A stretch of 63,121 bases of DNA, the filler included, from Asterionella formosa (taxonomy: Eukaryota), in assembly GCA_002256025.1 (NCBI GenBank). It is 22 parts of 22 records of this genome, joined end to end, with 100 filler letters (N's around TTAATTAATTAA, not from the genome) between each part and the next. Parts side by side here need not be neighbours in the genome. Positions count along the whole stretch, not along the records: positions 1 to 1,171 come from NKIB01003917.1; positions 1,272 to 2,442 come from NKIB01003918.1; positions 2,543 to 3,713 come from NKIB01003919.1; positions 3,814 to 4,984 come from NKIB01003920.1; positions 5,085 to 6,255 come from NKIB01003921.1; positions 6,356 to 7,525 come from NKIB01003922.1; positions 7,626 to 8,795 come from NKIB01003923.1; positions 8,896 to 10,065 come from NKIB01003924.1; 14 more parts are not named here. One strand, written 5' to 3'. Made by a program: the position numbers and the translations under genes. Below, in pieces: positions 1 through 11,751 of the stretch. Under the pieces are notes generated by a model. The model did not search any database and was not told the DNA's origin. It was given only the letters and a program-made list of their open reading frames with translations. How positions within the stretch are numbered: position 1 is the first letter of the stretch; every line of letters begins with the position of its first letter.

Positions 1-23
1 CCACAAACTCTCCTTGTGTGTTT

Positions 24-1085
24 TCATGACTGTGGATAATCCATATCAAGTCCTTCACCAATAGCCCAATCTTCTTCTGTAAGATCAAATAAAAAATCGG
101 GAAAGTCTTCTGGAACCACATTTAGATTATGAGATGATGGTTGTGGTAAAGGATAGGACGGAATAATTGGTAATGATTGACTAAGTTGCAATGGCATTGA
201 CAATGAAATTGGCAATGGCATGATTGGTGGCGTATAAATTGCTGTTGTTGTTGCTGCTGCTGCTGTTGTTGTTGTTGGACTACCAGTAGTACCATTTGTC
301 ATAATAGTTAGACGTGGTGGGATCATATGTCGAACATGTCCAAGGATAGCATCAACGGTTGGTTGAGCAGCTGTTTGAGCTTCTTCTGATGTCATGACAA
401 TAGATATGCGTTCACCACGTGATGATGATGATGGTTCACCATAACCATTATCATCCTCATCACAACTAATATCTGACATTGTACGTTTCAGTGATCCACT
501 GGAAGAATAATGATTCTGATGATGATCGTCACGACCATCATCATTGAATTTCCCACCTCCCTCTGTAATACCCAAAGATTCAAAGGATGGCCGACGTGCA
601 AGACGTTTCATTTTTGATGGAATAACAAGTATTGAAGGAGTTGGTAATGTGTCAAGTACATGTTGTAACCGATGAGCAAGGATATATAAATTGGCAGCAT
701 TATGTTGAGAAGAATCAATAGGAGTATTGTCTGACATGGTTTGCTTCGGTCTCGTCCTTGTCTTTTTGGCAATTGCCTCAGCATTCTTTGCAGCCCATGT
801 TAAAAATGCTTTCCTTTGATGTTCATTTAAAATGGCCAATGCATTGGTTTCTTTGGTTTCAATAACAACATTCATAATTTGGCAACAGTCATGTGTATTT
901 CGTAAGAATCGACTAGTGGCAGCTGCAGTATGTCGACAATGGACCCATGATTCTGGTGTGGACAAGAGTGTTTTTTGAAACACTCGTACCTTTTCTTCTT
1001 GATCGTATGACAGTCCAACTTCATTGCAAAGTAATGGCCACATCCCATGCGAGGGTGGGACAGAGTCAGTGCCCCCAGTGAGCAT
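24..1085 (-). CDS. Last exon of a diatom-type transcription-factor-like protein (probable bZIP family), 5'-partial
   Basis: 353-codon ORF preceded on the minus strand by TACTAAC...CTCAG (branch point plus acceptor at 1086), so the ATG is internal. The MWPLLCNEVGLSYDQEEKVR motif recalls the C-terminal region of stramenopile bZIP proteins (recalled, not searched). S/T/P-rich tail. Confidence 0.6.
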   Translation of the reverse strand: MLTGGTDSVPPSHGMWPLLCNEVGLSYDQEEKVRVFQKTLLSTPESWVHCRHTAAATSRFLRNTHDCCQIMNVVIETKETNALAILNEHQRKAFLTWAAKNAEAIAKKTRTRPKQTMSDNTPIDSSQHNAANLYILAHRLQHVLDTLPTPSILVIPSKMKRLARRPSFESLGITEGGGKFNDDGRDDHHQNHYSSSGSLKRTMSDISCDEDDNGYGEPSSSSRGERISIVMTSEEAQTAAQPTVDAILGHVRHMIPPRLTIMTNGTTGSPTTTTAAAATTTAIYTPPIMPLPISLSMPLQLSQSLPIIPSYPLPQPSSHNLNVVPEDFPDFLFDLTEEDWAIGEGLDMDYPQS

Positions 1086-1171
1086 CTGAGTAAGTAGTTA
1101 GTAGTAACCAATGGTGAGTGCACAAGAGAGTACGGTAGTACATTTGACAAATTGAGACAATATATGCAACG

Positions 1172-1271
1172 NNNNNNNNNNNNNNNNNNNNNNNNNNNNN
1201 NNNNNNNNNNNNNNNTTAATTAATTAANNNNNNNNNNNNNNNNNNNNNNNNNNNNNNNNNNNNNNNNNNNN
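1172..1271. other. Artificial contig-joining spacer (44N-TTAATTAATTAA-44N), first of 21 copies
   Basis: Identical 100-bp linker with stops in all six frames. It recurs at 2443, 3714, 4985, 6256, 7526, 8796, 10066, 11337, 30258, 31527, 32796, 34065, 52982, 54251, 55520, 56787, 58054, 59321, 60588 and 61855. Confidence 0.98.
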
Positions 1272-2442
1272 ATTTTTTCGGGAGGTAGTGGTAGTTGCCA
1301 ACCGCGTTCAACTTCTTTGATCAGCAGCTTCTTGACCACGTCCCTTTTCGATTTCGCAGAGGAGTGATTGCCACGCGACATTGCCAAGGCCAGGTCAGCA
1401 AGTCGTTGCTCTTCCGTGAGTGGCAACAACGGGAATTCGACACCCTTCGTAAGTAGCATAGCGAAGCGTGACCAGAGCGGGTGGTAGGACAGGAGGGGTT
1501 GTAGTAGGTGTAGGTCTCTGAATTCCGATCCGATACTGAGTGGGGACCGTGCTTGACTGGTAATTGCCCGTTGGATGTCGAGGTCAAATTGTGCTAGGAT
1601 TTCCCAGTTGTGAACGGCTGCCTCATGACTCCATGCAAAACGGAAAGCCGGTGCATGCATGGTAGGTGAGCGTGTTTCCATGATGCGCTGAATGCATAGT
1701 ATGCGTGTGATGTCTGTATGTGTTTCCCCATGACTGGCCTGGTCTGCTGGATTTGATGCGGGTGGTGGTTCACGGAGTTCCTCATACCAAGGCGTGTCAC
1801 CGGCTAAGTTCTCTGTCGGAGCAATAGGGGTGTCCGTGCTAATATTTTCGACGTCTCGATGTCCGTGGATGCAATAGTGTGTGTCGATGTACGATGGTGA
1901 CTTACCCATTAAATGTTGAATTTGTTCGTGCTGTGGGATTGGGTTATGTAGTGGTGGTGGATATGGCGGGGTTTTTGTGAAGGTTGATGAAGGTAAGGGC
2001 GGTAGATTTGGTTGCGTGATGCGAGGCGTGGAAGCAATTTGGTTTTCTATGCGCGCAAAAAATTTTGAGCTTGATGTGGGAAGTAATGATTGAGAAATAT
2101 TGGCAACAATACGAATATTTGTTGCATCGACAATGGTTAGTGCTGGAATGGAGAGTGCTGTGCGAGCTACTAGTGATGACGAGGAACCGCAGTAGGCTGT
2201 TAATTGCTTCGAAATAGAATCATTTACAGTTACTCTGGCCTGCCCTAGTCAGTGTTGTGGATTCGAGTTGCGGATTGCCGGGGATAGGTCGTGAATTGCC
2301 TCGTTGAAAAATTTTGCAAAGGCTTTCTTGTTTTCCCCTGTTAACTGAACGTGTGCATCTTTCCGTTCGCAGTTGTCGATGCAGATCCCCGAAATCTGCC
2401 AGCGACAGCAGTTGGTGGCTCCGTTGACCTTTGGTGCTCGAC
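1272..2442 (-). mobile_element. DIRS/Ngaro-like tyrosine-recombinase retrotransposon fragment: gag C-terminus plus start of the RT ORF
   Basis: 2442-2245 translates ...CCRWQISGICIDNCERKDAH...* (CCCH gag finger). ORF 1909-1272 has GSEFR..L.PLL..HPLW, GVEFPL, RGNHSSA and KEVERGWQLPLP, the pre-RT motifs of this class. Confidence 0.7.
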
Positions 2443-2542
2443 NNNNNNNNNNNNNNNNNNNNNNNNNNNNNNNNNNNNNNNNNNNNTTAATTAATTAANN
2501 NNNNNNNNNNNNNNNNNNNNNNNNNNNNNNNNNNNNNNNNNN

Positions 2543-3713
2543 ACATGTGTTGTTAGTCAGTGATTTGCATTTCCCGAAAATGGTGTCAGTGTAGAACCGT
2601 TGGTTCCGTAACTTCCGCTGGCCATACATCCTATCTGTTCAGTACCGCCTGCTCAATGGGAGTATTGCTGACCGAATGCCCTTCTGAGTGGTGACCTCTA
2701 GGGTCTGTTTCGCTTGGGTCAATCCGATATTCCACCTTTCGCTGAGTGTCTCATAATTCACTGGAGCATGCCGGTCTGACGAAACAAAAGTCCTGGTGGC
2801 CGGTAAATCCACTTGGGTTGATTTAATGTATCGAACATCTCGTAGAGCCTCCGCCATCTCCTTAAAGCAGTAGATGGACGATATTTGGGACAAGAAAGGC
2901 TCAACGCCGATCATGTCCTCCGCCTCCACAGATTGTATGAGGGAAAGGTTGACAGTCTGTGGATTCCATTCGGTGTCGCAGGTTAAATGAATGTGAGTAC
3001 AAGTATCAAGTTCACGCTGGGTGGGAGTGGTAGTCTCCAAGAAGATGTTTGTTCCGCTGATCTGCAGCGGAATATCGATTTCCGTTGTCGAGATTAACAG
3101 CGGTGCCGCTTTATCGAAAGGATTGTCGTTGACAACCACCCCGGAAAATCGCAATTGGTTAGGGTTGAGGAGGCTGTGTTCAAGCTTGTCGCCAAAATAA
3201 AGTCCCTCATTGATAATTAAAATGAAAGTCTCTCCGCTTTGTTGGCAAGTAAATGCTGTTGCTCCGCAAACAATAGGGATGTCTCGTTCTGGTTCGTAAG
3301 CACCTGCGTTGTATGGAATGACATCGCAGGCACGTCCTGTAAAGTAAAGAGGTACAAAATTACAGCCAAGAGCACAGGTGTCAGCGTGTGAGTCAAGTTC
3401 ACATTTCGCAGCGCGCTGGGTTAGTTGTGTAAGTGCAGATATAGATAATTGGTGAGGCGGGAGCGGCTTCCGATGAGAAGAACGATATGCCGCTATCTCA
3501 AGTCGATCGCTTTTGCTTCGTTTTGCGCTTTCACGCCCACCAAAAGAATTACCGGCGTTTGACTTCTTCGGCGTTTCCGACTTGTCGTCATCGCATGTTC
3601 CGGAGTCGCTAAGTGCTGCTGCCTTGATAGAACTGATGATGGCGGAAGCAAGTTGCTTTGTTGTCATCTCGGAAATGGTACGCTTCGATCCGCCTTGCTC
3701 TCCTTTCTTGTCG
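2543..3713 (-). mobile_element. Ty1/Copia (diatom CoDi-type) gag end, aspartic protease and pre-integrase region, with a premature stop
   Basis: ELDSHADTC protease motif, HSLLNPNQLR and LSERWNIGL..AKQTL.VTTQ. The reading continues past the TGA at 2639-2641 as TDRMYGQRKLRNQRFYTDT. Confidence 0.85.
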
Positions 3714-3814
3714 NNNNNNNNNNNNNNNNNNNNNNNNNNNNNNNNNNNNNNNNNNNNTTAATTAATTAANNNNNNNNNNNNNNNNNNNNNNNNNNNNNNN
3801 NNNNNNNNNNNNNG

Positions 3815-4984
3815 ACCTTTACCTTTTCAGCATCTTCTGGAAAATACGTGTTGATTGAGAACACTCCTTCAGGATATGACGACGTTGTTGATAGTGACGG
3901 TGGCAACCCTAATCAGATCGATGATGTCGATGTGACATCTAGCAACGACATTAATAACTTCTTCGTTGATATGGTCGTCACTACAGCTGTCACTAAATTT
4001 CCGACAGCTGCACCTTCGCCCATTCCTTGTGAGCTTGATGAAGTTGTCACGACCGAGGATTTCGAAAATCAAGTATTGACTGGATGGACAAATGGCAAAT
4101 TGGATCATTGCTCGTACTTCACCAACTTTCTGGGTAGGTACAGCGCAGGTGATGCATTCCCCCAAAAGACATACAATAGCATTCCTACTGATGCAGCTTC
4201 GGTGACACTTGAGTTTGACTTTTACGAAATCGACTCTTGGCAAAAAGGTGTCGGAACCCCGGATAGCCTGACAATCGTTATTGACGGTTTCCCAATCGAC
4301 CTTGGGATATTTGATTCAAAAACAGATGAGGAAACTAGATTTGGAGATGCCGGAGATGTTCAGTACGAATCGCTGAGCCAAGGAGTACCTGCGGAGCAAT
4401 GCTTCGGAAGCGGTACAAATTCTTCATTTAACCAGAAGCACCACGTAAAAATTGCATTATCGAACAGATTCTACACAGATGGAAGCATCACTATAAAGTT
4501 TGAAAGTCGTATCAATCAGGTCCATCAGGATAAATTTGGAGGCTTCGACAATATCAAAATATCTGCTCATAGAAGCTGCAGATTCCCTACAGCAAGCCCA
4601 ACTCCATTCCCGACAAAGGGGCCAACATTATTTCCAACAATTACACCCACCCCTATATCGACGGCTAATCCAACGACACGCCCAACTCCAGCAGCTACTT
4701 CAACACCAATGAAGACACCTACAAAAAGTCCAACACAAAATCCAACATCCCTGTCAACAAACAGTCCTACCCGTTCACCAACTGCAGATCCCTCTCCTGG
4801 TCCAACTTCAAGACCTACAGCAGTACCTACACCACTTCCTACAGCAGCACCTACCCTTGCTCCTCGAATCGTTGCCGGAAAGGTGTTGGAAGACAAGAAC
4901 AATGACGGTACGGGCGATGCTCCAATCGGGGGTGTTACCATCACCTTGCAACGTCCCGATCAATCTGTCGTTGCAACTGCCGTC
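3815..4984 (+). CDS. Internal fragment of a large secreted/surface protein: SdrD-B/Cna-B-like repeats, a beta-sandwich domain and a Pro/Thr-rich linker
   Basis: Open across the whole contig. GKY.LIE.TPSGY.DV.DSDGGNPN and VAGKVLEDKNNDGTGDAPIGGVTITL are SdrD-B-like, and there are many PT.PT repeats. Confidence 0.75.
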
Positions 4985-5097
4985 NNNNNNNNNNNNNNNN
5001 NNNNNNNNNNNNNNNNNNNNNNNNNNNNTTAATTAATTAANNNNNNNNNNNNNNNNNNNNNNNNNNNNNNNNNNNNNNNNNNNNTAATTGACCTTCC

Positions 5098-5359
5098 TGT
5101 CAATTAACACACTGTTTCCTCGGTTGATAATCTAAATCTCAAATTAAATTATAAGCTAAACTAAATGTTTCCTTTCCATGCATCTTTGCTTCCTGCAAAG
5201 TCATTCTAAGACTCTCTTCGAGTTTCCACTTAACATTTCCATAGAAATCTTCAATCTCTGATCTCGTTAGACAGCTGATTGACGTGGCAATGCAATATTC
5301 GACTCGTTCGATTACAATCGAGTCCACAATCCTTGTGACTCGGGCTAATATTCTTGACA
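5098..5359 (-). repeat. 3' LTR of the Copia element (262 bp)
   Basis: On the minus strand the polypurine tract GGGGAGGA is followed by TGTCAA...TTGACA (6-bp terminal inverted repeats, TG...CA). Confidence 0.75.
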
Positions 5360-6255
5360 TCCTCCCCATTGCCACGCTCAAGAGGCTGTAACATCGTTCC
5401 ACTCTGAACTGGTTCGGACAATCTCGTATGAATCTGTTCCTTCACGTATTCACCATACTTGTCCTCTTTCCAAGCATATTCCACTCCTAGGTTTTTCTGT
5501 AGAATACCCTGCTCGGTAATATTGAAATCTTCCTTGATAACATTTTTCATATACTCCACTGCACTTGGAGTCCCACATACAATACCGTCATCCACGTAAT
5601 TAACAAGTAGACCATCAATTTGTCCATCCTTGTTCCGGTGCATAAATAACATAGGGTCGATCTTGCTCTTCGTCATACCTGGTTTATTGGTGACACATTT
5701 CGCAAATGTCCTGGACCAGCATCGTGGAGCTTGTACTATCCCGTACATAGCCTTCACAAGCTTGCAAACATGTGTATCGGAATCGACTCCGATCAAACCT
5801 TGAGGGGGCTCAATATAAATGTCCTCATCGACGATGGCATTTAGAAATGCTGCTTCCACATCAATAGCCTCCGCTCGCCAACCGTTGTACATCGTCACTG
5901 CGAGTACCGTTTTGATTGTCGCATCGCTTGCAACTGGAGCAAATGTCTCAGTAAAATCGACACCTGGGATTTGCTCATATCCCTTCACGACCAATCTTGC
6001 CTTGTAAATGGTCTTCCCGGTTAACACATCTTCTTTAATTCGAAACACCCATCTCGTTTTTAGTGTTCGCTTCTTAACAGTATCACGTTTGACAACTTTC
6101 CACACTCCTCTCGACTGGAAGTTTTCAAATTCTTTGTTGATCGCCTTGATCCACTCTTTCTTGTCTGGTCTTGCCATTGCTTCATCGTAGCTTGTTGGTA
6201 ATCCTGGATCAGAAGCCAGACTTGCGTTGCACACAAAATTCACCTGTGTATTCTT
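5360..6255 (-). mobile_element. Ty1/Copia reverse transcriptase (RVT_2), internally deleted
   Basis: P.SYDEAM, KTRWVFRIK, YKARLVVKGYEQIPGVDF, IDVEAAFLNA, KAMYGIVQAPRCW and YVDDGIV. The sequence jumps to the element 3' end near 5440. Confidence 0.92.
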
Positions 6256-6355
6256 NNNNNNNNNNNNNNNNNNNNNNNNNNNNNNNNNNNNNNNNNNNNT
6301 TAATTAATTAANNNNNNNNNNNNNNNNNNNNNNNNNNNNNNNNNNNNNNNNNNNN

Positions 6356-6600
6356 GATGGGGGTTTGTTCTTCCGAAATTTGTAGTTACACAGATAACAC
6401 CATTGCAATGTGCGCAAAGACATTGCAAATTGCAAATGATGAACAAGTCAGGATATGAAAAGGATAGAATGAAAATGAATTAATATATAATAATGATTTG
6501 AGCGCCACTTCGAACATGCAGTGCTGGAAAATACAGAGTCGTGAAATTATCACTCCACCATAGTAGTAAAAATGGAGGTACCCACTGCAGTAGCAACAGT
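6356..6600 (-). repeat. Dispersed repeat R2 (reverse-complement copy of 17700-17930)
   Basis: Shares TGGTGGAGTGATAATTTCACGACTCTGTATT and CATTGCAATGGTGTTAT blocks with 17700-17930. Confidence 0.85.
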
Positions 6601-6711
6601 CCTGAACATATGGTGTTCTATTGCTTTTTAGTTTTACGATCATACGATCCTAAAACTATGATGATTTACTGTCCCACTGCAGTAGCAACAGTCCTGAACA
6701 TATGGTGTTCT
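6581..6711 (+). repeat. 39-bp direct repeat, two copies
   Basis: CCCACTGCAGTAGCAACAGTCCTGAACATATGGTGTTCT at 6581 and 6673. Confidence 0.9.
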
Positions 6712-6994
6712 GTTGCTAGGTTACTACTCTGACTACCCCCAGTATATCACTTACTACCTACTACTGGTACTCTGTATATATATATGATATATTGTTATTG
6801 TCATATGATGTACCGGTGCACATGAAGAGCTCCCGCCCAAAAAAGGTGCTTAAACAATTCGCTACCAAAACCCTTTCGGTTATGACTTACACCAATTGAA
6901 TGGTCTAAATAAATAGTTTCAACGGATGTAGAAAATATCGATGCAAACAAATTTCAGAAATAATACCGGTACACATAGTCGTGGAAAACAATGG

Positions 6995-7523
6995 ATCATT
7001 CCTTCTCATTGTTACTGTAACTGCATGCATAGGAAAATAAAACCAATCAAACGGAATAGCCGGCGAGCTCACAATGACACTAACAGCAGGGAGAGAGACA
7101 CAACATTAGTAAGGCATTGCTTCTCACAAGATTCAGAAAAGAGGAAGAAAAGGGTGAGACAGGAACAATATACTTTGAGCCGAGTAGAGCGAGAGAGAAA
7201 CGTTGGGTTGCTGGCATGTAGATTAATAGATAGCATTGCTTAATTTGATAGTTAAATTACGATCCATTTCAATCTATTTTGAACAATGCTTGTGATTAGA
7301 ATTATGATCATGTTCACGATAGATTTACGATGAAACAATTCACATGATAGCATAGAGTTGAGCTGGTTTTAGGATATGTTGTAGTTATAATTTACATGGG
7401 GCGATCACGAGAAGTGAAAATAATATGAGAAGGTTTATGATATTGATGGGATTTGTTGTTGATCAGTTTATATACATTGTGTGATGATAATGTTCTTATT
7501 ATCATTATACTTCAAGGTCGGTA
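6995..7523 (+). repeat. Dispersed repeat R1 (copy)
   Basis: High similarity to 27410-27935 and 62500-63020, e.g. CACAAGATTCAGAA.AGAGGAAGAAAAGGG.GAGACAGGAACAATATAC. Confidence 0.92.
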
Positions 7524-9469
7524 AANNNNNNNNNNNNNNNNNNNNNNNNNNNNNNNNNNNNNNNNNNNNTTAATTAATTAANNNNNNNNNNNNNNNNNNN
7601 NNNNNNNNNNNNNNNNNNNNNNNNNAGTATAGTGGCAATGCACTACTGGCAGGTGTCGGCGAACCAAACGGCTGGCATTTAAAAGGAACCATCGTCGAGT
7701 CAACATATTTCAGACACTGATACCGTACTCATTATCTGAATAATTAATAATTGGTACCAGGTACTCAGAGAGGTACTCTGATGGTAGTAAACCGTTGAAT
7801 AAAACAGGTACCGGTACCAGTAAAAAATTGCCATGACCCATTGAGAATATTTTTGAACTGCCATGACCCATTGAACGCAGAATAACACGTTTTGCAATCA
7901 AAACTTAAATAAATATAGATTTTGAGAGTTCTGGCTCCTTCCCGAGCATATAGGCTAGTCAGCCATGTAATTAGTTTGAGATTTGGAGCAAGTTGTTCAT
8001 CTCGATAGATTGCCTGAAATGGTCGATCGACCGAAAAACCATGAAGAAGACGGATTAGGGTAAGTTTAGAAGTAACCGCATCATATGATGTATGACGATC
8101 AACATAATGATTTGAACCTTCACCTCATTTGCGACAAAATAGTACTATATCTTGTCTTGGTATTGACTTCTACGAAGATGGCAAATTTTTTAGGAGCACG
8201 GCATCATCATACAAATGCGTTATGTATGATTACAGGTATAACGGGTAGGGAGTACATACCAGGGACTACCTAAAGATATACATATATGAATACATCATAT
8301 ATGATTCACCATATTACCGGAACGGTGGAAGGCACTATGATTGACGCTGACATGGAAGTGTGAAATCATGTCAGCATTGCACTCGACCTGCCGGCACAAT
8401 ATATCAAAATTGTTGTTTGGTCATTCCTCATCTGCCTTGATTGCTGGCTTGTGTACCCTTACACGCCCTTCACCCCCTCGGTTACTCTTATGCATCATCT
8501 GAGCGCACCTTCCAAAATGACAAAATCCGTCGTCCAGAAGAACGAGCCGTGGATCCACAGAACCGTTCAGAAGGACAAGCTACGAGTGCGTGAACGCTAC
8601 TGGCATTTCTCAAATACTGATACTAATACGCTGTCGAAAAATGATGTGAATGCTACCCTTGGTTTTGTTTCCACATGCATTGTTCCAGACGGCCTAGTCT
8701 GGCGAAAATACCTCAAATTACTCATTCTCATCACAGAACGATGCAAGCGCAATGCATCATGTAGCTTTGTCCTATTGGAGAGCGCGGCAGAATGCNNNNN
8801 NNNNNNNNNNNNNNNNNNNNNNNNNNNNNNNNNNNNNNNTTAATTAATTAANNNNNNNNNNNNNNNNNNNNNNNNNNNNNNNNNNNNNNNNNNNNTGTTC
8901 ACGTAATTCTATAATATGGTTCACGTAATTTATTAAATTTTTACGTATTTTAAAAGTACTATCAAATAATGTTGATTACTAATTCAACAACCGGTATTTC
9001 ACATTACATGGGAAACAAATCTCGATATGCAATCAAACAAAGCTGTTCTATCAGAATGGCATCTTCAGTCTTGAGAAGGCAGGCATTATGAGACATCTGT
9101 AAGGACATTGCAAGACAAGGAGAAGCCATTCATTCAGAAGGGGGAAATTATTCACTCTTGAACAGGCATCATTCTACGAAGTTGCAACATGAATGCATCC
9201 TCACACACTGATTTCCTTCTTGTACTTGAAATGACTTCTTCATTGACCTGCAGAGATTTTCATAACAACAGTGTGTCAGTAATGTATATGATAGAACTAG
9301 CAACAGCAGAAAGCAACACACAGTTCATTCCGGACCTCATTGTCCCTGCCTGTTGTCAACAACAATGCGTGAGCTGACAAGCCATACTAGCATTTAGGTA
9401 CACAACAAGAACACACTCACCATTCAACTGTATTGCAGAGTTCTTTCATTTGAGTCGAGGATTCAATTG

Positions 9470-10065
9470 ACATTGCAGCAACCTATGCAGTTACAGAAAC
9501 AATGAGAAGGAATGATTTGTTAGCAAGTAGTCATGTTACATTGAAACAACGACACGCAATTCCATCGTATCCTCTTGCTTCACTTACCACAAATCAATGC
9601 AACTGATGCATAAGTCTGTAATAGTAACTTGTCAGTAAATTCTTGAATAAGTAAGTTTCGGGTATCCAATGTTGTTGAATAAAACTTACCGGTACATTTT
9701 TGTCATCTTAGCTAACTTTGAGAGAAGGTAAACGTTTTGTCAGCTTTGTTCCAACAGAAGTGAATAGGTCCAACGAGCGACAAGAGCACTTACGCAATTT
9801 GGTTTGGTTTTGTTTTACATTGGTGCTCCCTAACAAGCGAAACGAGCTGTTTAATCAACTGAGAAAAAAGGAAATGTGGCTGCGTTTAGTTAACAATTTG
9901 TTGTTGTGCTGCCTGTCTCCCAACGATTGTCATCCAAGTACCACATTGATGGCTTCATTATATTACCTTAAACATTCTCCATCCTTCGAAGGCGCAATGT
10001 GTCGAAGTCACAATGTTTTTCGTTATGTATTGCAAAAAATTTCTTTTCTTGTCATGTGCTTTACT
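9470..10065 (-). repeat. Dispersed repeat R1 (reverse-complement copy)
   Basis: Reverse complement of ~61965-62530, e.g. TCCATCGTATCCTCTTGCTT and TTCTTGAATAAGTAAGTTTC. Confidence 0.88.
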
Positions 10066-10165
10066 NNNNNNNNNNNNNNNNNNNNNNNNNNNNNNNNNNN
10101 NNNNNNNNNTTAATTAATTAANNNNNNNNNNNNNNNNNNNNNNNNNNNNNNNNNNNNNNNNNNNN

Positions 10166-10770
10166 AGTTAACACAGTCACCAATTTACCAGAAATTTCAC
10201 ATATCAATAATAAGACATCAGAATATATTGCGATGAAATTTAAAAAATGATTGGTTGGACGGATATCTCCATCCAGAAGGTTGTATACATGACAATGGAG
10301 GTCAATTTACTGGTATTCCTTTCATACACATTAAAAGCCTATGTACAAGTCATGTTAAAGGCTCATCCTCCAATCAAGGAATTTCAAGTTCAGAATATTG
10401 TGGATACCAGTTTGCTGCATCATATGCAGCTCGAGCTACTATTTATAGTACATTGTGTATTTTCACCAGGAACATGGGTTTTACAACATGATTTGATTAT
10501 AGATATGTAATTGATATTGGGATATCAATGTCGATAAGTGATAATTGACAAATGACTACGTCGTGATACTTTCCGTCGTCGTTCTTGCGATTACAAGGTT
10601 GTTGATGAGGTTTTAATCCTATCGGATAATCCTACTACCTTGGATAACCATGGACGAGGTCCTTATTCTATTTATTCAAGTATATGCCAATGGTACAGTT
10701 ACTTTTCAACAAACTATGCATACTACGGACTGAATTAATATCCATTACATCAAACCTTTTCAAAGGTAAA
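10166..10770 (+). pseudogene. Degenerate Ty3/Gypsy integrase C-terminus
   Basis: Frameshifted motifs NKTSEYIA.KF, CIHDNGGQFTG.PF, AASYAARATIYSTL, DYKV.DEVL, GPY and NGTVT, followed by a PPT and LTR. Confidence 0.75.
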
Positions 10771-10794
10771 AGGTTTTCCCTTGGTGTGGGAGAG

Positions 10795-10991
10795 TGAGCG
10801 ATCTTGCGCATCAATACAGATGTATATAGGGTTAGTGTTATATCATGTATGTATAAGAACTCAATAATGAGAGAACTCGACTAACCCTCATTGTATACTT
10901 TGGTGTCGACTTGGAGAACGAGTTACACACAAGGATTAACAAATAAGCTCATATATTCAACAAATACTACTACTTCTAGTTAGATACTTCA
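10795..10991 (+). repeat. 3' LTR of the Gypsy element (~197 bp)
   Basis: PPT GGGAGAG, then TGAG...CTTCA. Homologous copies at 60990-61184 and ~61673-61842. Confidence 0.8.
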
Positions 10992-11436
10992 GGCATAACC
11001 ACCAAATAAGGAACGCACATGCATGAGTTCTACAAATACTAACAATGCAGTCACGATAAGCGGGTTCAAAACATGAGTACCGGTAGTCTACCAGTAGACA
11101 TATTTATTACCTTTGGAAGGTTCGGTAAAACATGTTTTAAACTTATGCAAAGATTAAGCTAAATATCTCGATTACCGGACATTCCCTTGTACCAGTACCA
11201 GCTACTATAATGTAAACATAAATTAAAGTCGCCAATTGTACATTGCTTCACATGTGTAGTTTAGATGATCCACAATTCAAAACAACAAAGTCACAAACAG
11301 ATTTGACACTTTTACAGTTCGCAGCATGCTACACTANNNNNNNNNNNNNNNNNNNNNNNNNNNNNNNNNNNNNNNNNNNNTTAATTAATTAANNNNNNNN
11401 NNNNNNNNNNNNNNNNNNNNNNNNNNNNNNNNNNNN

Positions 11437-11572
11437 GTTAAAACTTCACATGAAACCGTTAAAAGTAATCTTTTTTACGTGAAGAGTGGCATTAATGCAT
11501 GTGAAGTACCACATAATTAACACTCATACGTAGACGAAATTTCGAAAAGTGGCGTATTTCGCGGCTTAGATG
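11437..11572. mobile_element. End of a CATCTAAG-terminus DNA transposon (end type R)
   Basis: Ends ...CGCGGCTTAGATG. It is the reverse complement of 21375-21510 and shares its terminus with 33835. Confidence 0.7.
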
Positions 11573-11751
11573 CGCTTCTACAAGTTAGAACAACAAGAGT
11601 TTACTTCATCCTGCCTCAGGTACGATTATATTCATGATACCAACGTGAAATCTCCATCTGTTACTGGTAGAAACGATTACCAATAGCTATATATCTACAT
11701 ATGTATTTCAGTACATCTGCATACCCGGTAGTTTGTATGCATTGTTCTTCA

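Noticed and set aside
1216..1227. Regularly spaced TTAATTAATTAA repeats as a CRISPR-like or biological array
   Set aside because: Always centred in 44+44 Ns; it is an artificial six-frame-stop linker.
8451..8795. Partial ORF at the contig end
   Set aside because: Possibly coding, but no recognisable motif and too short to support a call.
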